Below, in pieces: positions 59,401-64,000 of a stretch of 64,000 nt of DNA. The stretch's first letter is position 1, and the number at the start of each line of letters is the position of its first letter. The notes under the pieces are model-generated. The model made no database searches and was not told the origin of the DNA. It saw only the letters and a list, made by a program, of their open reading frames with translations. The position numbers were made by a program, and so were the translations under genes. The DNA is from Planctomycetota bacterium (GTDB lineage: Bacteria > Planctomycetota > GCA-002687715 > CAIWVZ01), in assembly GCA_044222185.1 (NCBI GenBank), contig JBGANV010000005.1, forward strand, positions 288,001 through 352,000, given 5' to 3'.

Positions 59401-60277
59401 GGGCGATCGCAGGACCCGTCAACCCGAGCGTGAACGCGATCCGGCCCGCGGCCGTCGAGAGTGCATTGCCCGTGGCGTAGTAGGTCGACACGTCCGGCGG
59501 CGCGCGGTTCGTCTGGGAATTGAAATACTCCGATTCGCGGAGTCCGATGAAGACGCCCGTCTCCGAGCCTGCGAGCGACGACGGGGCGTGACCCGAGCGC
59601 TCGATCGCTTCCCACGCGATCTCGAGGAGGAGGCGCTGCTGCGGATCGAGCTGCGACGCCTCGCGTGGGGAGATCTTGAAGAACGCGGCATCGAAGCGGT
59701 CGACACCGGCGATGAACCCGCCGGAGCGGCAGCAGGTCTTTCCGGGAGCGCCGCGGACGGGGTCGAAGATCGCCGCGACGTCCCAGCGGTCCGCGGGAAC
59801 GTCGACGATGCCGTCGCGCCCATCGAGCTGCATCTGCCAGAACGCCGACGGATCATCCGCGCCGCCGGGAAATCGGCACGCCATCCCGACGACGGCGACG
59901 GGATCGTCGACCAGTTGCGTGTTTGCGGGCGCGTCCTTCGCGGTCGACGGGTCCGGCGCGTTGCATCCCATGACGTCGGCGAGCGCGTCCGCGAGCTTCG
60001 CCGGAGTCGGGTAATCGAATACGAGCGTCGTGCGAAGCGCGGCGCCCGTGAGTGGCTCGAGGCGGGTCTTGAAGTCGACGGCTTGCGACGAGTCGAAGCC
60101 GAAGTCCTGGAACGTCCGCGCCGGATCGATGGCGTCCCCCTCGCGCATCCCGAGGAACGCCGTCATCTCGACGGCGAGCAGTCCCAGGATCCGCTCCCGT
60201 GCTGCGGCTGGCGCCAGTCCACGCAGAGACTCAGCCCACCGGGCTGCGGGGCTGGCGGATCCCGCTTCGTCCGTCAT
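53459..60277 (-). CDS. Type I PKS ACP-KS-AT-DH-ER-KR-ACP
   Basis: N-terminal ACP FGFDSS; KS DTACSS; AT GHSIGE/HAFHS (malonyl type); DH LADHRVFGAVVFP; ER IHAAAGGVG; KR TGGTGSLG, VVDD; ACP LGVDSL. Confidence 0.93.
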   Translation of the reverse strand: MTDEAGSASPAARWAESLRGLAPAAARERILGLLAVEMTAFLGMREGDAIDPARTFQDFGFDSSQAVDFKTRLEPLTGAALRTTLVFDYPTPAKLADALADVMGCNAPDPSTAKDAPANTQLVDDPVAVVGMACRFPGGADDPSAFWQMQLDGRDGIVDVPADRWDVAAIFDPVRGAPGKTCCRSGGFIAGVDRFDAAFFKISPREASQLDPQQRLLLEIAWEAIERSGHAPSSLAGSETGVFIGLRESEYFNSQTNRAPPDVSTYYATGNALSTAAGRIAFTLGLTGPAIALDTACSSSLVAIHLAVRSLRAGECRAALAGGVSLMLDPLSSIALSQANMLAPDGRCKTFSAAADGYGRGEGCGLVYLKRLSDARRDGDSVLAVILGSAVNQDGASGGLTMPNGIAQERLIRAALEDARLTPAAVGFIEAHGTGTALGDPIEINALDAVFSDSRPPGRPLLVASVKTNLGHLETAAGIAGFIRAVQVVGNGVIPGHLHCEEPSPHIAWSRMPIAIPRATVAWPGSGGPRVAGISSFGFSGTNCHIVIGESPADAAAQPVADDAGPFVAVVSAPTRDRLRTTASNLLEVVSRGPVDVGATCFTLAAGRAPQPVRAARVVRSQHDLQTFMQALASTSGSDDAACVASTPPKVAWLFTGQGSQYASMGRELHRTFEVFRDAIERCSRILRNEIPAPLTDFLWGARSDQLSATEITQPALVAFEWSLAELLASFGIEPSVMLGHSIGEFAAAARAGVFTIEDALRLAAARGRLMRQLSPEGAMVAVSAALEDVAPLVQPLRDRAAVAAMNGPRSVVVSGSLEAIDRIVLELDRRRLPNRRLDVSHAFHSPLMDPVIEPFRRELSAVSFGRATTPIVSTAAPDADASVFATPEYWLEQLRSAVRFHAAMQRVAEMGATVAVEIGPKPTLTSMAKAFLGGAHIRWISPLRTAGDDRGDVADACARLFLAGAPVDWARVARDPVRHRVALPTTPFARERFWFPPRQTLRGAAADATADLLGTEIRSVAIDANVRVFTTTVSRESPRWLADHRVFGAVVFPAAGFIELCVSAVRRTDGAGDVVLEDFNIEAPLRLAGESTIQTVVRRLESGEREVAVVSQPIGGSEPSPWTTHVRARISRSVGAGTAELTGLTDAVPCDLEAFDRELLARGLEYGPAFRSVRELATAQHASDARLELPAEAGSPAGFSAHPALVDGGLQTVVAALGLEETQPWLPISIGSIVVRGNLGSRARVRVDMDSATVHSAVRVARVAFVAGDGSGDVTLTGLKLRPAVRERFQPPATANTDLVRFTRWHEVAAVTGEAKLDGESWLVIDDASGLGTRLSTQLRERGAAVTEVAAGANLERIGSAIGEFAAIQAPRARAVILRGLDGGGFAFAAPDASRRRELCTIATLATRALARLGSDAARLIFVTRGTRAVDDVTPVVDPEGALFAGFTTVVAHEHPDLVPLHLDLDPFVEQDEAGLVLREALASDDGCQIARRAGLRFAPRLERAPKAGRDRLQRPDGPWRLQLSSYGDFDGLHLAPVPRRAPRDGEVRVTLAAAGLNFRDGLTVLGSMRPFHETLGIASAEGAPLGYEAAGVVSEVGAGCAGVAIGDRVLVSTVGCLASEVTVDRSQVFALPGALSFTDAAAIPTTYLTAVVALEELAQLKSGETVLIHAAAGGVGQAAIAVARRAGAIVLATASAAKVPLLRRQGIEHVYSSRDTTFRQRILTATGGRGVNVVLNCLAGDAIDASFRCLAPRGRFIEIGKLGIWSPEKARQVRPDVAYHVVEQAEAAAGDPALQRRRLERLLDRFARGEWAPPRVTVCDVTLAPKVLRAFAHGRSVGKVVLRLDERTGSSPGALRDVRSDGAYVITGGTGSLGLRLATWLADRGARSLVLVARREPAPEVRALIDALGARGVVVRVVVADVADRRKLITEMSALKGDVPIVGAFHLAGVVDDGMLVGLDPERFPPVLASKIDGFWNLRDALRGEPVESLVVFTSQSGLLGSAGQAPYACANTAADALASAFATAGLPATAVAFGPIGGGGMASAVADRNRARFSASGIGMLDASAAFDAMARVIGGDAANVAVLDVDWTRLRSAAPPAILPLLEVVDGAVAGERAPAGGSPAADGLGAQVLAAVGDDRRRLLHRFVGEQLGRVLGFQKPLELDPTRRFADLGVDSLLAVEFRNRLESQLRCRLATTLLFDHPDVESLLEAIERRIDQAAPATRPVAQPAEMPPAASTSIDDLAAALRAQVAAVEALLDRGSAPRSGGPA

Positions 60278-60873
60278 GTCGCCGCCGGTGCGTCGCTGCC
60301 GGATCGGCGAGCCGAGACGGCGCCCGTGGTCCTGCGATCGACGATCGCGAGCGTCACCTCGCCCTGCGCGAGTCCGCCCGCGTCATCGCGGAACCGGCAG
60401 CTGGTCCGCAGGAAGATGAAACGCCCGCGACTGGAGACGTGGTCGATTCGGACCTCGCCGACGAATCGGTCCGGCGAAAGTTGCCGCTTGAAGACGCTGG
60501 AGAACTCGTGGATCAGCACGTCGGGAAGTTGGCGGCGACGGTACTCGTCGATCGTCATGTCGCTGAGCGACGGGACGAGCTTGCTCACCACGCATTGCGC
60601 CATCAGCACGTAGACGAGCTGGTTGTAGCAGATGTTGAATTCGACGGAGTTGAAGTGCCCCGTGGCGTCGATGTAGCAGGACTCGGGGATCGAGAACTCT
60701 CCGGACGCGCGCGCCAGCGCCACGGGGTCGAGCGTGAAGTCGTCGGGCTGGACGTGCGGAACGTCGACGACGGCCGAGCGCAGGTAGCGACACTCCGGGC
60801 GATAGGGCGCGAGGATCGACGCGAGGAGGTCGGGTTCGACCACGATCCGCGGACCATTGGGGGGGAGCGACAC
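60274..60873 (-). CDS. fcoT: FcoT/ScoD-like thioesterase
   Basis: LAPYRPECRYL, GEFSIPESCYIDATGHFNSVEFNICYNQLVY, QLPDVLI: the FcoT (Rv0098) family signature. Confidence 0.88.
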   Translation of the reverse strand: MSLPPNGPRIVVEPDLLASILAPYRPECRYLRSAVVDVPHVQPDDFTLDPVALARASGEFSIPESCYIDATGHFNSVEFNICYNQLVYVLMAQCVVSKLVPSLSDMTIDEYRRRQLPDVLIHEFSSVFKRQLSPDRFVGEVRIDHVSSRGRFIFLRTSCRFRDDAGGLAQGEVTLAIVDRRTTGAVSARRSGSDAPAAT

Positions 60874-60881
60874 GGATCACC

Positions 60882-61739
60882 TCACTTCGGGTAGAACGGC
60901 AGGCCGTCGTAGATGCCGATGCGGAAGCTGACGCTGGGTTCTCCATGGAGGCTCGAGCCTGCCATGTGGAGAAGCGGGCGGTTGTCCCACAGGAGCACGT
61001 CGCCCGCACGCCACGTGTGCGTGTGCACGAACCGCGGCTGCTCCGCGAATGCCGTGAGCTGCGACAGGGCCTCCGTCGAGGCTTCGTGCGACAGCCCCGC
61101 GAAACCGACGGTGAATCCGGAACTGACGTAAAGACTCGGGGCGCCGGTGACGGGATGCCGGATGACCGTCGGGTGCGTCACGGGCGGAGCCATCTTCGTG
61201 AACTCCTCCATGAGTTCGAGGAGTGACTTGTCGACGTCACAGGGCTGAACCTTGTATCGCAGCTTGGCGTCGTGGATCGCCCGCGTGCCGTCGGCGAACG
61301 CGCGCAGCGCCGGTGGCAGTTCGCGATAGACGCGCGCCATGTCGATGTAACGGGTCTCGCGACGCGTTTCGGGCAGCGTGTGCGGATGCAGCATCGTCAG
61401 CGGCAGCGGGTCGTCGAAGAACTGGCAGTCGGTGTGCCAGTATCGGCCGGTGCCCGCAACGCCGATCTTCTTGCCGTCGAGCGGAACGTTGGCGGAGACG
61501 AAGACCTCGGGATGATCGGGGTGATGGTAGTTGGGCTGGAAGTAGATCTGCGGAGTCCCGAACTGCTTCGCGCAGGCGACGTACTCGGTCAGCGTCAGCG
61601 TCTGATCCCGAAAGACGATCAGCTTGTGCGCGTAGAGAGCGGCCTTCGCTTCCGCCAGCTCGGAGGCGGTCATCCGGCGGACGTCGACCCCGGTGATCTC
61701 GCTGCCGATGTCGTCTGGCGGTGGCGGTTGGATCCTCAT
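60882..61739 (-). CDS. scoE: ScoE/Rv0097-like Fe(II)/2-oxoglutarate dioxygenase (isonitrile synthase, TauD fold)
   Basis: YHHPDHPEVFVS, GVAGTGRYWHTDCQF, YKVQP, GDVLLWDNRPLLH; 8 bp upstream of the FcoT homologue. Confidence 0.85.
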   Translation of the reverse strand: MRIQPPPPDDIGSEITGVDVRRMTASELAEAKAALYAHKLIVFRDQTLTLTEYVACAKQFGTPQIYFQPNYHHPDHPEVFVSANVPLDGKKIGVAGTGRYWHTDCQFFDDPLPLTMLHPHTLPETRRETRYIDMARVYRELPPALRAFADGTRAIHDAKLRYKVQPCDVDKSLLELMEEFTKMAPPVTHPTVIRHPVTGAPSLYVSSGFTVGFAGLSHEASTEALSQLTAFAEQPRFVHTHTWRAGDVLLWDNRPLLHMAGSSLHGEPSVSFRIGIYDGLPFYPK

Positions 61740-61925
61740 GGACCTGTGCTTTCTCGTTGGTCTCGCGGGTCGGTCGATTGTAGGGGTTGGTCAGGGGCTC
61801 GGCGAGGGCCCGCGATGCGGTGGCCGAAGCGCGACGCATGCGCGTTCCACGGCGCCGTCGTGGTAGAACCCGCGCGCCGGCCCGGATTCGGGTGCGGCCG
61901 TCGTCGACCGCGCGGAGCCAGATCG

Positions 61926-63503
61926 GTGCCAACGGATCCATCCACCACGACCTTGTCCGAGCTGATCCGCGCGCAGGCGCAGGTTCGCGGAGACCGGATC
62001 GCGCTGATCGTCGGTGCGAGAACCGTGAGCTTCCGCGACCTGAACGCGTCGGCGGACCGCGTCGCGTCCGCCCTCACGAGATGTGGCTGCGGCAGAGGCA
62101 CGCGCGTGGCGGTCCTCGCCCGCGACTCGGAGATCACATTCGCGATCCTGTTCGGCGCAGCCCGCGTCGGCGCCGTGCTCGTGCCGATCAACTGGCGGCT
62201 GACGGCGCCGGAGATCGGGTTCATGCTCGAGGACTCGCAGGCACGGATTCTCTTTCTCGACGCGGAGTTTTCGGCGCGCGTTGCCGCGACCGTCGGGCCG
62301 ACGGCCGCGCCGATCCATCGTGTCGTCCTGTACGGAGCAACCGACGACGCCGCGAGTTTCGATGCGTGGGTCGCACGATCGGCGCCCCCGGCGAACGTGC
62401 CGGAACCCACGCCCGACGACGTGGCCGTGCAGATGTACACCTCGGGCACGACGGGGAACCCAAAAGGCGTCCTCCTTCCCCACCGGAGCCTGTTCGCCGT
62501 GATGCGCTCGCTGCACGCGCACGGGGATCCGTGGATCGGTTGGTCGGACCGCGACGTGGGACTGCAGGCACTCCCGTCGTTTCACATCGGCGGGCTGTGG
62601 TGGGCCGTGACGACGCTCTTCGTCGGCGCGACGAACGTCGTGCTGCCGGCGTTCGCCGGCTGGCAGGCCCTCGACCTCATCGCGCGCCACCGGGTGACGA
62701 AGACCTGCTTCGTCCCGTCGATGATCCAGTTGATGCTCGCGGAGCCGAACGCTGCCACGGCCGACGTCTCGTCGCTCGACACCGTCGTCTACGGAGGCTC
62801 GCCCATTCCGACGACGCTGCTCGAACGCGCGCTCGCACGATTCCGCTGTCGGTTCTTCCAGATCTACGGCCTGACGGAGACGGGCAACACGGCCGTGTGC
62901 CTGCGTCACGAGGATCACGTGGGGCCCGAGCCGAGCCGGCGACTGGCGGCGGGCCGCCCTTACCCCGGCGTCGACGTGAAGTGCGTAGATGCGAGCGGTG
63001 CGACTCTGCCGCCGGGCGCCATCGGCGAAATCTGCATCCGATCGCCGGCGAACATGATCGGCTACTGGAATCGCCCCGACGCCACGCGGGATACGCTGCG
63101 GGACGGGTTCGTCCACACGGGCGACGCCGGAACCATCGACGCCGACGGCTACGTGTTCATCTCGGACCGAGTGAAGGACATGATCATCCATGCCGGGGAG
63201 AACGTGTATCCAGCCGAGGTGGAGAACGCGCTGTCGAGTCATCCGGCAATCGCGGAAGTTGCGGTGATCGGGATTCCGGACGAGCGGTGGGGCGAGGCGG
63301 TGAAGGCCCTCGTCGTCCTCGTTCCCGGCGCATCCGTCACGCCGCAGGAACTCGCGCGTCATGCCCGCGCGAGGATCGCCGACTTCAAGGTTCCCAAGTC
63401 CGTGGACTTCGTCACCAGTCTGCCGCGGACTCCGAGCGGCAAGCTCCGCAAGGCGGAGCTGCGCGAACCGTACTGGCGCGGCCGCGAGCGCCGCGTCAAC
63501 TGA
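61926..63503 (+). CDS. ScoC/SfaB-like acyl adenylating ligase
   Basis: QMYTSGTTGNPKG, PSFHIGGLWWA, IYGLTETGNTAVCL, HTGDAG, PRTPSGK. Divergent from scoE; GTG start after GGAG is uncertain. Confidence 0.85.
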   Translation: MPTDPSTTTLSELIRAQAQVRGDRIALIVGARTVSFRDLNASADRVASALTRCGCGRGTRVAVLARDSEITFAILFGAARVGAVLVPINWRLTAPEIGFMLEDSQARILFLDAEFSARVAATVGPTAAPIHRVVLYGATDDAASFDAWVARSAPPANVPEPTPDDVAVQMYTSGTTGNPKGVLLPHRSLFAVMRSLHAHGDPWIGWSDRDVGLQALPSFHIGGLWWAVTTLFVGATNVVLPAFAGWQALDLIARHRVTKTCFVPSMIQLMLAEPNAATADVSSLDTVVYGGSPIPTTLLERALARFRCRFFQIYGLTETGNTAVCLRHEDHVGPEPSRRLAAGRPYPGVDVKCVDASGATLPPGAIGEICIRSPANMIGYWNRPDATRDTLRDGFVHTGDAGTIDADGYVFISDRVKDMIIHAGENVYPAEVENALSSHPAIAEVAVIGIPDERWGEAVKALVVLVPGASVTPQELARHARARIADFKVPKSVDFVTSLPRTPSGKLRKAELREPYWRGRERRVN

Positions 63504-63517
63504 GGACGTCAGAGGGG

Positions 63518-64000
63518 TCAGAAGTCGTACGTGACCCACGTCTCCGCCTGCGGGGTGTTGTTCGCGGACCAACCGCCGGCGAAGAGGAACGAGCCGTCAT
63601 ACAGGCGCGTGAACGTGTGCGCACCGCGCGGCCGGTCGACCATGTTTCCGAGTTCGGGATGCAATCCGATCCAGTACGTCTGCCAGATGGACGTGCCGCT
63701 GTGACGCTGGACGACGCTCGACGCCGTCGGCGCGGTCATGTCGCCGGTGAGACCACCCGCGATGATCACCGAGCCATCCGCCGCACGCTCTTGCGTATGG
63801 AACGCGACCGGCTGCGCCAGTGCGCCGACGTTCGTCCACGCGGTGCCGTTGATGAGTTCGCACGAGTCGATGGCGACTGTCGCCGTCGTGCTCCCGACGG
63901 TACCCAGCCCGAGTCCGCCCGAGACGAGGATTGAGAACCCCGTCCCGATCCAGCTCATCCCGTGGAACGCTCGCGCCGTGGCCATGGCCGGCATCGTGGA
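63518..64000 (-). CDS. Kelch-repeat protein, C-terminal part (runs off the window)
   Basis: MATARAFH..ILVSGG, VAFHT..VIIAGG, RGAHT..FLFAGG repeats. Confidence 0.7.
   Translation of the reverse strand, partial: STMPAMATARAFHGMSWIGTGFSILVSGGLGLGTVGSTTATVAIDSCELINGTAWTNVGALAQPVAFHTQERAADGSVIIAGGLTGDMTAPTASSVVQRHSGTSIWQTYWIGLHPELGNMVDRPRGAHTFTRLYDGSFLFAGGWSANNTPQAETWVTYDF

Noticed and set aside
60882-61739. Taurine dioxygenase or SyrP-like Asn beta-hydroxylase
   Set aside because: Motifs and coupling to FcoT and a ScoC-like ligase fit ScoE better; not excluded without phylogeny.

Overview
GC-rich bacterial window. The ECF sigma/Ser-Thr kinase pairs and many signal-peptide proteins suggest Planctomycetota (inferred, not verified). 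The right 26 kb (37.9-63.5 kb) is a biosynthetic gene cluster with the isonitrile-forming trio: a ScoE/Rv0097-type Fe(II)/2OG dioxygenase, an FcoT/ScoD-type thioesterase and a divergent ScoC/SfaB-type acyl ligase. These feed an unusual assembly line: PKS1 (ACP-KS-AT-DH-ER-KR-ACP), an AT-less PKS2 (KS-KR-ACP) and a three-module NRPS (predicted Gly, D-Asn, Lys) ending in a reductase. This is the best candidate for an undescribed system. The left part holds a c-di-AMP (ydaO) riboswitch before a KimA-like K+ transporter, a REP-like palindrome cluster, an exported CobN/HmuS-like chelatase with ExbB-like and DUF2149 partners, two ECF-kinase modules and a CarH-like regulator with a His-to-Tyr change and candidate operator repeats. 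It also holds an S46 peptidase, MOSC, AlgJ-like, methyltransferase and sphingomyelin-synthase-like genes, and five to six unrelated proteins sharing a ~100-aa C-terminal domain that may be a sorting signal. No rRNA, tRNA, CRISPR array or transposase was recognised. All assignments come from reading motifs by eye, and several start codons were re-chosen from the ORF track.
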